Translations under genes and position numbers: made by a program
Source of the DNA: Octopus vulgaris
Taxonomy: Eukaryota
DNA length: 64,000 nucleotides
Assembly (NCBI GenBank): GCA_951406725.2
Contig: OX597831.1
Location: 12,896,001 to 12,960,000 of the forward strand
Reading direction: 5' to 3'
The notes under the pieces: model-generated
The model's input: the letters and a program-made list of their open reading frames with translations, nothing else
What the model was told of the DNA's origin: nothing
The model's database searches: none
Shown here: positions 39,197 to 51,393 of the stretch, piece after piece
Layout: each line of letters starts with the position of its first letter
Numbering within the stretch: the first letter of the stretch is position 1

Positions 39197-39574
39197 ACAG
39201 ACTTATTTTTAGTATTGTTGTGCGAGTTGTGTTTAAACTCGGCAGTCGTTGAAACACTTTGTGCAATAAAGACCTCGACGGAGCTAAATATGGATTTGGC
39301 TGCTCGTATTTCTGTCTGAAACTATCTCTCTCTCTCTCCTTCTTTCATTCTCTTGCTCTCTTTCCCCTCCCTCTTTCCCTCTCTCTCTTTCTCTCTCTCT
39401 CCCTCTCTCACATGCATTATGTATGTCGCTTGTCCGCATTTCTTGACGGAAAAGAACTTTAAAATCGCATTACTATTTGACAATATTAATTAGACAAGGA
39501 GCTGCTGTTCATTTCCCTCTTCTCTCTCTCTCTTCGTATCGTGTGTATGTATATATATATGACACCTTCGTAAA

Positions 39575-39617
<43 letters not shown>

Positions 39618-39902
39618 CAGTGTACATTTAAACACACTTTTGCTGTTCTTTCTAGCTTAAGGGATTCCTATGATGGAAACCCCTTAATGTGATTAAATGT
39701 ACACTGTATTTATATGAATAATATATAGTCTATTTACTAATTTTTATGTACTCTAGGCCACTGGTTGTAAAAATTTCTAGAATCTTTATTACCCTGATAT
39801 TATTAATTATATATGTGTGTGTGTGTGTGTGTCACGGAGAAAAAAGACAAGAAGAAAAAACAACAATGTGAGGACGTGGTACATGTAAAGTATTAATATA
39901 TA

Positions 39903-40080
39903 CTCTTTTACTAGTTTCAGACATGCGACTGCGGTTTTGCTGGAGCATCACCATGGTCTTTCTGATTTCCTCAGTCTGCGGTGTTTCGTTGGCTCATTTG
40001 GTGTTTAAGGGAGTTTGATTCCGCTGCCCTCGTCTGTACCTCATGTCGGGTTGTTGGTTCATCTGGCATTGTGGAGAAAG
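39903..40080 (-). mobile_element. CR1/L2-clade LINE 3' end
   Basis: FSTMPDEPTTRHEVQTRAAESNSLKHQ...* followed by a tail nearly identical to the SINE family A tail. Confidence 0.75.
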
Positions 40081-40224
40081 AGGCAATTATGTGAATAAAC
40101 AAATTAGTCACGTTAAATATATTATATTTAATATATTTAATGTGTCTCATTCGTTTATCCACATAATTGCCTCTATACCTGCTTAACTTGATCCCTCTTA
40201 TAGCCTTTCTTTACCCTGTGGAAT

Positions 40225-40521
40225 CGATCCTCTGTAAAGACATCTAGAAATGTTGCTGTCTTTTAAGAGTTTTTAGAAGAGATAGAGCGGTTAAAGTCAG
40301 CGAAGAATTTATGTAAGAGTTTTCTAACGTTTTTCTAATGCAGAATTTGTTAGGCTTGTTGCAATTAACAATGTATTATCTCTATATAAACCTCCTTTGA
40401 TGTTGAGGAAGTGTGTGTGGAGCTGTTGAAGGAAGTACAGTCCGACTAGATTCGTGACCTGAGCGGAGTCGGATGAGCCCTGGTTATATCAACGAAATTG
40501 TTTCTATTAGTGTTGAGATTA
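40225..40521 (-). pseudogene. Penelope-like reverse transcriptase fragment (inverted copy)
   Basis: Minus strand GSSDSAQVTNLVGLYFLQQL...GGLYRDN...FLDV. Confidence 0.8.
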
Positions 40522-40559
40522 TTGAGGTTATCCTTCGATAATAAGCTTTGATCCCGTGC

Positions 40560-40995
40560 TAACCTCAATACTAATAGAAACAATTTCTTTGACATAATCA
40601 CGGGCTCATTCGACTCCGCTCAGGTCACGGATCTAGTCGGACTGTAACAGCTCCACACACAATTACCCCACATCAAAGAGGTTTATATAGATATGATGTA
40701 TTGTTAATTGCAACAGGACTGACAATATCTGTATAAGAAAGAACTAGAAAACACATAAACTCTTTGCCAATTTTAACCACTCTATCTCTTTTGAAAACTC
40801 TTACAAGACAGAAAACTTTCTAGATGTTACATTGGATTTAAACTCTTCACTTTACTTCCCATATCATAAACCCAATCAATACGTTAAGCACAACAATACA
40901 GAATCTAGCCATCATAAATCTACTTTCGCGAGTATAATCAAAAGCATATCCATCAGAATATCCAATCTATCCACCACCGAGGAAGTCTTTAATAA
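40560..40995 (+). pseudogene. Penelope-like (Neptune-type) reverse transcriptase fragment
   Basis: FDIITGSFDSAQVTDLVGL...GLYRYD...NFLDVTLDLNSSLYFPYHKPN...IIKSISIRISNLSTTEEVFN matches PLE RT motifs FDVTMGSYDGAE, GLYRDD and NFLDVTLDL..Y.PY.KPN. Confidence 0.85.
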
Positions 40996-41174
40996 CTACA
41001 ATACTAACTCTACTGTAACCACTACAACCACTAATACTTCTACTACAACTACTAACAATACTAATACTACTGCTAATGGCGATGTTACTATTACCGAAAA
41101 TAATACTATTACTAACACTCTTACCAAAAATGCTACTACTAATAGTTACAATAATAATAATTCTACTACTACTA

Positions 41175-41216
<42 letters not shown>

Positions 41217-41712
41217 GAGTGAGAGAGCAGTGCATGCCACCAAAGTGACATTGGGGTAAAATATGCGAAGCCCAGTATACCCATCATGACTACCTGTCTG
41301 ATAAGGGTACACCAGGCACATGCATCACAACCATATGTGCGCGACATGGTGATCTCATATCAAGATAAACAGCACATGACCTTGCAGGTGGAGCCCAGTT
41401 AGAATTTTCTTCAGATCGAGTAACCCATCCCGCTCAAAAGGTCCCTGAATAAGGGTTGTTTAAGGACGTTGAACGAAACACCCATGTTTCCATAGGTGAA
41501 CTATTCAAACCCCGAAGAATTCCTTTCAACATATGGCTATGATGCTCCCCCACTACTTCTGCTCGTGATCAGAGATGCACATATCGTCAGCCACTGAGGG
41601 ACATGCTCTACTGGTTAAGGTCAAACAAGTAAATCTGTGGTATTGAGCAGAATATTTGCTGTAGCCCATCTTTTATACCAAGACAAAACAATGTACATGA
41701 TAACACTTCCAA
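41217..41712 (-). mobile_element. Probable LINE 3' UTR fragment ending in (AAT)n
   Basis: GC-richer block bounded by ATT repeats; no ORF; family not identified. Confidence 0.35.
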
Positions 41713-41738
41713 TAAGTTTATTATCATCATTATTATTA

Positions 41739-41785
<47 letters not shown>

Positions 41786-41789
41786 GCGA

Positions 41790-42088
41790 CATAATTTCTT
41801 TTCCTCAACATGCCCTGCCCTTTTTAGCATTGTCCCAAAACTGATCAAAGAGGAAAAGGATCCCATCACCTTTAAACGGAGTCTGGACAGATTTCTTCAA
41901 GGAATACCGGATAAGCCACCCATACCTGGATATAACTCACCCAACAAAAACTCACTACTTGAATGGACCATAAGCAAAACTTGACTTAAACAGAATTTAG
42001 ATAATCCTATCAGATGGTGCTATTAAGTTAGACATGGCCTGGACCAATCCTTGGTCGAAACACATCCAAGTTTTATCTAAGTTTTTAT
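41790..42088 (+). mobile_element. CR1/L2-clade LINE ORF2 C-terminus plus 3' UTR
   Basis: PALFSIVPKLIKEEKDPITFKRSLDRFLQGIPDKPPIPGYNSPNKNSLLEW* (FK..LD.FL..IPD.P...NSL motif). Confidence 0.8.
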
Positions 42089-42152
42089 TATAGCGATGGC
42101 GATAACAATAATGGCGGTGTTATTGATAATGGTAATGATGGCGGTGATATTG

Positions 42153-42207
<55 letters not shown>

Positions 42208-42280
42208 ACAAGATACAGTTGAATAAGGTACTTAAAGTTGAGGTACCTAGTTAGGTCGGATAGATACATAGATGAACTAA

Positions 42281-42503
42281 TACCTATTTCTTTGCTACTC
42301 ACAAAGAGGACAAACAAGGACAGTCAAACGGATTAAGTCGATTATATCGACCCCAGTGCGTAACTGGTACTTATTTAATCGACCCCGAAAGGATGAAAGG
42401 CAAAGTCGACCTCGGTGGAATTTGAACTCGGAATATAGCGGCAGACGAAATACCACTAAGCATTTCGCCCGGCGTGCTAACGACTCTGCCAGCTCGCCGC
42501 CTT
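42281..42503 (-). mobile_element. SINE family B with target-site duplication
   Basis: Full head; GATGAACTAAT appears on both sides. Confidence 0.85.
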
Positions 42504-42763
42504 TGATGAACTAATGAACTAATACCTGTTGAGTAAAAACAAAATGATGGTATTTAAAAAATGCATCAACATAACATATATTCGGTATATTTGAAATGGT
42601 TTTGCTACAGCACATCGTTTATTGTCAAGTTAGATTCTACCAAAAGTAGTAATTAGTTAATAATGAGGTGCATATTCCATACACGTATAAATATCATTCC
42701 GACGTCCTATCCGTAAAGCTGTTGCTGAAAAACATACATTGCAAAATATTATATTATATTCAA

Positions 42764-43174
42764 CTAGCAGTATCGCCCGGCGTTGCTCGGGTTTGTAAGG
42801 GAAATAACTATATAAGCATTTTTAGAGAGTTACTTCCCTTATATAATAGCGAAAAATGCTTTAAAAATGGGAAAAGTGATGCTAAATTTTTTTTTAAATC
42901 GTAGACTCATCGTCGACGCGCGCTAAGCATTTTTAGAGAGTTACTTCTCTTATATAATACCAAAAAATGCATTAAAAATGGGAAAAATGATGGTAATTTT
43001 TTTTTTAAACCGTAGATTCATCGTAGTCGCGCGCTAATACCCAGAAGGGTTCGATATGAATCACGACTATAAGATACCCGCTTTTGGTTAAACTGCACCG
43101 CAAAATGTGGGAGGAGTTAGGAATCTGAATCGGAGGAGACTGACTGCACACAACCTCACTTTTATATATAAAGA
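42764..43174 (-). mobile_element. Non-autonomous Helitron
   Basis: Minus strand A|TCTTTATATATAAAA...hairpin CCCGAGCAACGCCGGG...CTAG|T; internal ~110-bp direct duplication. Confidence 0.9.
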
Positions 43175-43640
43175 TATGCGTTTACTGTATATATTTCCTA
43201 TGGTTAGTAGAAATGAGTTTCCGTATAAAATATGTCACAATTTTCATAAAGGAGAACATTCATATCTATAATACACGTAGAGATTATAAATGTCAGACAC
43301 TGTACAAATACAACGTACATTATAGACTATTGAACATAATTCAAACGATCTTGATTGTAATTATAGTTGGAGTGACACACTTTGGTAGTTTGTACTAAAT
43401 ATGCAGGACCACACATGACTAAACGGATCTAATCCAGCATTTGTATGTGTGAGCGCGCGTGCGTGTGTGTGTGTGTGAAGAATCTGCTCCCAATCAGATT
43501 TCCTTTGTCACTACATGCGTGCGCAACCTCAGATTATTCGCGGCAGAAACAAGGAAAATGCCACTTGTATTTGAACACTATACAAATAGTCTTTTAAAAA
43601 AACTTTTCTTTTAATTTTTCTAAATTTAATTGTTTAATTG

Positions 43641-43679
43641 TTACAGCTGAAAAAGTCTCAATGACTGAAACCGGTACTG
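43641..43679 (+). ncRNA. Minimal hammerhead motif with one core change
   Basis: CAG-CTGAAAA-AGTC-TCAAT-GACT-GAAA-CCGG-TA-CTG; G8 replaced by A. Confidence 0.45.
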
Positions 43680-44102
43680 AAATGTTTTTTATAAAATTAT
43701 CTTAGCATTTTCTATCTTGACCTTTTTTCCATATATATATATAATGTATGTATGGAAAATAGGACAAGTTAACGCAAGAAAAGGACTCTTCATCAGTTGT
43801 CGGCTGTCTATCTTCTCATTTCGAGCATTCAACACCGTACAGGCACACAGACACTCACACTCACAACCACTCACAAAAGCATACACACCCACATGTAGTA
43901 AAATGTGACACATGTGGACGACGAAGGAACTAACGGAAAACATGAGAAAACATATGGATGTGGACATGCACATCCCTCAGTTATCCATCAAAAACCATCA
44001 CAATTTTGACGCCTTATCCATAATATTCAATTCGACGATGTCATCTGCAAAAAGCTGTTGCGGTACAAATATGTGAACATGGAGAAAAATTATATAATAC
44101 GA

Positions 44103-44140
<38 letters not shown>

Positions 44141-44384
44141 ATATACTGTTCACACTCAAAACAGTTCATTTTGGAAGGTATATATTGAGTGCGCGCGCAT
44201 ATACATGTGTACACCAACGCACACATTTTTAGTCAGATGTTATAGTTTCTTTACAAAAGAAAAAGGGACAGTGTGTATTCGGGGTGTAATCAGATAAAAC
44301 AATATTCCACGGTGCTGTACAATTTCAGAACGTAACACGAAAAGTAAGCCGTATGAAAGAAAATGAGGATACATACCCAGAGCC

Positions 44385-44665
44385 GCTCAAAGGGACCAGA
44401 CAAAGGATCATCATCTAGTTTGATCCCCTCTTTGGCCTACACGTAGAGACAAGTAAACTTCTTAACCTTAATCACCAAAAACTTCCGAGCCAGCCATAGA
44501 CATCACACTCTATTCAAAAGGGACAACACAAATGCTATCAACAGCTGCTCAAAATAACAGAGTGCGCAATCCAAACTATAAACAGCAATAGAAGTTTACT
44601 TCTAAAAGTTGAAAACAGATGTAATTTCAGTAGGTCGAGGTCATGCCTTTAAATGGAAAGTGTCT
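44385..44665 (+). pseudogene. Penelope-like element RT-to-GIY-YIG linker remnant
   Basis: RQRIII*FDPLFGLHVET..FLTLITKNF...TLFKRDN...CNFSRSRSC.LNGKC, matching PLE RKRKIIWFNPPF...CNC....CPLNGKC. Confidence 0.75.
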
Positions 44666-46082
44666 AAAACTTGAAATGGTCTACAAGGCAACAGTATTGG
44701 CAGAAGTACAAACCGACAAAAACTGCGTCGAAGCAGCAAGTGGAATGTTCTCTTGCAGGAGTTGAAGACAATCTCTCCTATTTGACGAATGTGATGGAAA
44801 CATATGACGTGTGTGAGTATTCGAATTGGCAATGCAGGAAACATATTCCAGCGCATGTACCATTGAGAGACGAAATGCGACGTCTCTGGCAAAATATATT
44901 TGTAACTTAATGTAGAAAAGTATAACGATAAGTTGCCCAATCACAGGCAGTGCCATTCCTTACATAATTGCTTTCAAGATGTGTTCCATATTCACCTCAG
45001 AAAAAATATAACATAATTGCACAAAAAAATATGTTTGCCGATCAGAAGAAATGAGATGATGTCATGATGCAGACACCAAAACAAATTTGTATTTAAACGT
45101 TGGGCCAAACTGTCAACAGCAGAGTTTGCAGTGGTGAAAAGGGCAACAAACCATCCAAATTAGTCGCCGAAAAAAGGAAGATAGTCCATAAAGAAAAAAT
45201 TACATACAGAATATCCCAGAATAGTAATAATCAATCCCCCAAACTTTAAGTATTAACAAACAGTTGTTTAAAAGCTTGCACTTACACACTTACACACGCA
45301 CAAACAAAAAAACACACATATACATAAATGCATACCTCTGTGAATACAAATGCATAAACAGACATACTGACACGCATGCACAAGCGTATGGAGTGGAGCT
45401 GTTCTTATACATTTGTCTATGCATAAATGCGTACACGCACAAATATCTCTACAAATTTACAGATCAATATTTAAACAAAATAAGATAGGAAACTATCGAA
45501 CCATAGCTACCAAGCACCGAACCGAAGCGAGTTAGAAAATAAGGTATCAGAAATAGAAGAAATACTGAGTTATGACTATTAAAGGGGAAATCTAAAAAAA
45601 AAAGCATATTAATAAATAACTATGGATACAACCAATGAAAACAATACAAAAAACGAATTAACAAATGAAATGACAGCAACGAAAGACAACGCTCTGAAAA
45701 TAATAACAAAACAACATCGAAAACCAATGAATGGAAACGGTACTCATAGACAACGCTTCAAGAAGAAAACAGCATCGCAAAACAAAGAAAAAATTAGAAA
45801 CCAAACGGGGAAACGTTAACCGTAGAACCAGCATTCAAAGGAGAAACAGGGAAGATTGCACTCAAAATTATTTATAGAAAGTCAAAGTAATGCATATCAA
45901 TGTTGCAACTCAACCTTCCATCTTTTTTATACAGACTGTTGCAGGAGATGAAGACAATTTCTCCTATTTGGCCAGTGAGATGGAAACATAGAAAGTGTGT
46001 GTGATTATTCGAATTGGCAATGCAGGAAACTTGTTCCAGCGCATGTACCAAATCTCGGGGACATCAGGCCCGATCTTATAAT

Positions 46083-46287
46083 TCTTTACTACTTTAGACA
46101 CAAGGCCCGAAATTTTGGGGGAGGGGGCAGTAAATTAGATCGACCCCAGTATGCAACTGGTACTTAATTTATCGACACCGAAAAGATGAAAGGCCTCGGA
46201 GGAATTTGAATTCAGAACGTAGCGGCAGACGAAATACCGCTAAGCATTTCACCCGAGGTGCTAAGATTCTACCAGCTGGCCGCCTTA
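46083..46287 (-). mobile_element. SINE family B
   Basis: Family head and core. Confidence 0.85.
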
Positions 46288-46930
46288 ATGTCCGATCGTA
46301 TAATGCAATTATTTTGCCAACAGTTCCGAAAGGCAATGAAGCAAAGGAAACGACAATAAATCTCACCTAAAAGTTATACACATCCCATTTATGATGATTT
46401 TGGAAGACCCTCAAAGACGCACGGTGAGAAAGAATGGAAAACGAAGAAATTCTTTTGCGAAACAAAACCCAGTCGCAGCAAAACAACATGGCACAGAGTT
46501 AGTTTCGCCCAGTCCCTGGGCATGCAAAAATACAATGACATGGATACGGGACTTAAGAAAACGGGTTAACAAACCAGCCCCCACCAAAATGGCCGATCCA
46601 GATTTCGAACATCAATGAACAAATAAAATAATTTGCCATCCGTGTTGGCAATTTATTTTAATTGTTCCTTGCTGTTCGAAACCTTTTTTCACATGTGGTA
46701 ACTATTGAGAATGCTTTTACTTTTCATCCTCCTCGAAATTACTCTTAACCGTGGTTTGCGCTTTGATTGCGGCTTTTTTCATGTAAGGTGTCCTGTTAGG
46801 GTCACCTCTTTTGCGTATAAATGCACACTAATTTTATATATATGTATATATATCTATATCTATCTATCTGTATGTATGTATGTATGTATGTATGTATGTA
46901 TGTATGTATGTATGTATGTATGCATGTATG

Positions 46931-46979
<49 letters not shown>

Positions 46980-47041
46980 GTATATATTTCTATATATATG
47001 TATACACGTATGTATGTGTGTGTGTATTGATTAACAGATAA

Positions 47042-48097
47042 CACTGGTCAACAAATCTTTTGTTGCAATGATATCAACACTTGGTATTACCTAATTTAAG
47101 TGCATAGATTTCAGATCTGAAGCTGGTTATTTCGTAAATGGTCTAATTATTTTTTTGCGATCAAAGTATTTCAAAATCTCAAAATTTTGTCTTCATCACA
47201 TTGACGTCACAGTGTGTCAGGAGAAATATGTGATTAAATTAGCTGAGTAATAAAAAAGAAAATGCAAGATAGTTTAAATTTATTGAAGAACACAATTTAA
47301 AACACTTTCCCTAATGAGCAAAGGTTATAGTTTTTATAAAACTGATTGATAAATAAGACATTGGTTGCTGAGGAGGCAAAGCTCAATCGCAGTCTATTCA
47401 GGCAGGAATTTGCACTTGAAGCCCTTGCGTTTTTGGATTGTCTCAGGGCAACTTCGCTTAATGCTCCAGCAGTAGTCTGCCATCATGTTTGTCTCATCTC
47501 CCCTGGTAACACTGTTCCATGGTCTTAAGGGTCTGATGGAACTGCTCGCCTTGTTCGTCATTTACTATTCCTAGATTCTCGGGGAATCTGTCATTGTGCA
47601 GGAAATGAACCCTGACACGCTGACTTACACCCAAGATTACGAAAAGCTGACAACATATCAGCTACGACAGAGTCATCGTTGTCAGCCTTTTTATTACCGA
47701 GAAAGTTTGCTATTGACACCACGAATGAAAGCCATGCAGTCCTTTCCTTGTCTTTCATCTTTCTGGCAAATTCCTTATCACGTATAAGTGTACGAATCTG
47801 AGGTCCATCAAACACCCTTGCCTTGATCTTCTCGAAGGACAAAGCAGGGAGAGCAGAGACTATGCGTTGGAGGCATTTTTTAAATAACCATTTTAATATC
47901 TCTGTAGACAACAAAAACGGCCAAGTAATTAATTTGACTGCAAACGGCTGGAATAGAAAGCTAAAATTTGCATGAAAACTAGAGAATGTAGAACAGAACT
48001 GTTTTCAGATTTGAATTTAACAGATTAAAAATTGTAAGAATCAGTAAAAAATATAATCTTATGCAACTGAGATTCCGAAAAAATTTGTTGCCTTGTG
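47042..48097 (-). mobile_element. Chapaev3-type (CMC) DNA transposon, internally deleted, both ends present
   Basis: TIRs CACTGGTCAACAAAT / ATTTGTTGCCTTGTG, 3-bp TSD TAA; transposase remnant EKIKARVFDGPQIR...AWLSF...NFLGN...FPENLGIVNDEQGEQFHQ...MADYCWS. Confidence 0.85.
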
Positions 48098-48104
48098 TAA
48101 TCTT

Positions 48105-48385
48105 TGCTCTCATTATTGAGAACATAATTCCATCTATTTGGCAAAATGTTGATCCCCCAGGGGTAAAACTCTTCAGCTTTCGAAGTAAGGACACACTCAA
48201 AATTTCTTCACAATTAGTAAAGCTGTTTTCCATCAAAATAATGTTGAAATGATCTGAAAAGATAATAAATCAGATGGAGTAATGTCAGGAGAGTAGAGAG
48301 GATGAGGCAAAACTTCTGCACTTAGCACCATTATTTACTGACTAAGACAATGTATGGCCTTGGATTATTGTGTAAAAGCAACATC
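48105..48385 (-). pseudogene. mariner transposase C-terminal remnant
   Basis: LLHNNPRP...EVLPHPLYSPDITPSD..LFRSFQHYFDGK...GINILPNRW (YSPDLAPSD motif). Confidence 0.8.
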
Positions 48386-48487
48386 TGCATGGCTGCGAAT
48401 ATGTCATAAAGAGATTTTATTTCGGACGAAAACCGCAGAATCCTGCCTATCAAGGGTGTATATACGTTAGGTGGAATATACAGATGG

Positions 48488-48548
<61 letters not shown>

Positions 48549-48549
48549 A

Positions 48550-48790
48550 AACCAAAGTGTACATACACCGCAAAACATCCAGACAGACGATACAAAGAAA
48601 AGAAGGACGGGTCATTCGGAGTTTTTTTATCCTCAGTCGAGTTCCAGATTATCTTTGCAATTTCGGCTGGTTATACTCGAGATTGCTCCAATCTGGCCAG
48701 CCGCAAGGAAAAACTAAGCTAAGAGCATTTGATTCCTTGGAAGAAAGCAGCGAATGTATACGAAAACAAGGACGGAAGAAAATCAGAAAT
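48550..48790 (-). mobile_element. PLE-like terminal repeat next to (TA)n
   Basis: Homologous to 17372-17660. Confidence 0.6.
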
Positions 48791-49683
48791 GTTACATACA
48801 TACATACTCATATATGCATACATACATACCTACATACATATATACCCATATATACATTCATTCATACACACATACATACATACACACATGTAAATGCATA
48901 CATACATACACACCTACGGGCATACTCATTACTGTAAGAAAATGAATTCTCACCCAGACCGCCATTTTCTATTCTTTGATGTAGATTCCGCGCAAAACAT
49001 CCGCTCACAGATTTCCCAAATTCATTATCGCCGAAGCGCTACAATTATTGTAGTATATAATTCACGTGCTACAAAGTAGATATCTACATTATTTCTTATA
49101 TAAAACTACAGCATTATACATTTACCTGTAGAAATCTCTATAATTACCGTATCTGTGAATGAATGGTACTTAACAGTACGCAACACTTCATTAGCCTACA
49201 TTTCGTAGATATAAACACAGTTGTAAAACAAATGCAATCTCTATTGTCAGATCACTTCCATGCAATTTCACCAAAGTTACTAATATTATGGATTCACTAT
49301 TTCTTTCAGTTACAGTGATCGGAAAAATTACAAAAACTATATGAAAATGAGATCGAAGTTGTAGTTGACATTAGTGCCGTAGTGATTTGCATGCGTCTGT
49401 AGCAATGCAAGTTTAAGCCAAATAAAATGTTTCCTTCTGGGGCCATGACGGGATCACGAGGGCCGGTTTCCCGGCTTCAATGGCGTATATAAATTGTCCA
49501 AGCGGACGAGACATCGGTCCGTTGCAGGATTACTCATTTTTTCCAGTTGAATGGACTGGAGCAAGATACATTTCTCATAAGGAATTCCGGAAGGAGCATC
49601 GTGGGACCACTGCCGAGACGCTTCCACAAAATAAAAAAGAAAAGCCGTTAGAAAACCGATTATAGCAGCGACTCCATCTAAGA

Positions 49684-49719
49684 ATATCTGAAGAAGGAAT
49701 TTTATTCCGAAATATCATA
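49684..49719 (+). ncRNA. Minimal hammerhead motif
   Basis: ATAT-CTGAAGA-A-GGAA-TTTA-TTCC-GAAA-TA-TC-ATAT. Confidence 0.5.
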
Positions 49720-49757
49720 TCAGACTATGGATAACTAAATTACAACAGGTTCAAATA

Positions 49758-50260
49758 TTCAAATTCCGCCGAGGTCGACTTTGCCTTTCATCCTTTCGGG
49801 GTCGATTAAATAAGTACCAGTTACGCACTGGGGTCGATGTAATCGACTTAATCCGTCTGTTTGTCCTTGTTTGTCTCTTCTGTGTTTAGCCCCTTGTGGG
49901 TAGTAAAGAAATAGGTATTTCGTCTGCTGCTACGTTCTGAGTTCAAATTCCGCCGAGGTCGACTTTACCTTTCATCCTTTCGGGGTCGATTAAATAAGTA
50001 CCAGTTACGCACTGGGGTCGATGTAATCGACTTAATCCGTCTGTTTGTCCTTGTTTGTCTCTTCTGTGTTTAGCCCCTTGTGGGTAGTAAAGAAATAGGT
50101 ATTTCGTCTGCTGCTACGTTCTGAGTTCAAATTCCGCCGAGGTCGACTTTGCCTTTCATCCTTTCGGGGTCGATAAATTAAGTATCAGTGAAACACTGGG
50201 GTCGATGTAATCAACTGGTCCGCTGCCCCAAAATTTCGGGCCTTGTGCCGAGAGTTGAAA
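49758..50260 (+). mobile_element. SINE family B tandem trimer, 184-bp period
   Basis: TTCAAATTCCGCC at 49758, 49942 and 50126; first two units nearly identical. Confidence 0.9.
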
Positions 50261-51359
50261 ATATTCTTATGGTTTTGCTGGTGATTTGAAATTTTGAGCC
50301 CAAGGCAACCCTATCCTTCACGGTAGCTCCACTCATGCTACACCACTGCTCTCTGTCTCAGTGGAATACTTGATGTTGGCGTCCGTATAGCACTTTTGGA
50401 ATACCGTCATGGAGGTGTGGTTGTTTTTGTGAGAGAATTCTTGCCAGTAAAAATGGAAAAGGAACAAATAGAACAACTTCTATTTGTTCCTCATTCCAAC
50501 TGCATCGTAGATGCTGGGGCACCGCTTCGAAGGGGTTTACTTCTTCAGATCGACTCTAGTGCTGAGTTTCTTTCGAAGCTTGGCATTCATACAGTCGGTT
50601 TCTTGTTCAATGGCACTAAATTACGGGGACATAAACAAACCAATACAGGTGGACGAGCGAGCGGCGGGAGACAAAAACAAGAACACATGCACTTATATGT
50701 GTGTGTTTGTGTGTGTATGTGTTTGCACCGGACCTGTATGTATGTTTATATACATACATATATAATATACATATGAATATATTTATATATACATATATAA
50801 TTATACATATATAATAATAATCGAAATTGATTCAGTACATGAGTAATTATTTTATTTCGTATATTTTCATTTGTCTTGTTTAATGCTTTGGTTTTGTGCT
50901 GAGTTTTATTTGAGAACATACTCTTTGTGGAGAATGGTGATTTGACGTCTATATCTAGCATGTTGACTGTCCACTTTTCGTGTTCAGTCCTTAATTGGTA
51001 TATAAAAATATTTTAATCTTCGGATTCTTTTTAATATGTTAGACCACTGGTTTTAATTGACTAATATCAATTTCTACCCTTAATTAATTTTATATAATTA
51101 TACATATGTATATATACACATAAAATTATACATAGGTATATATACACATATAATTATACATACGTATATATACACATATAATTATACATACGTATATATA
51201 CACATATAATTATACATACATATATATATATATATGTATATGTATGTATATATATATATGTATATGTCTGTATATATATATATATGTATATGTATATGTA
51301 TGTATATATATATATATGTATATGTATGTATATATATATGTATATGTATGTATATATAT

Positions 51360-51393
<34 letters not shown>

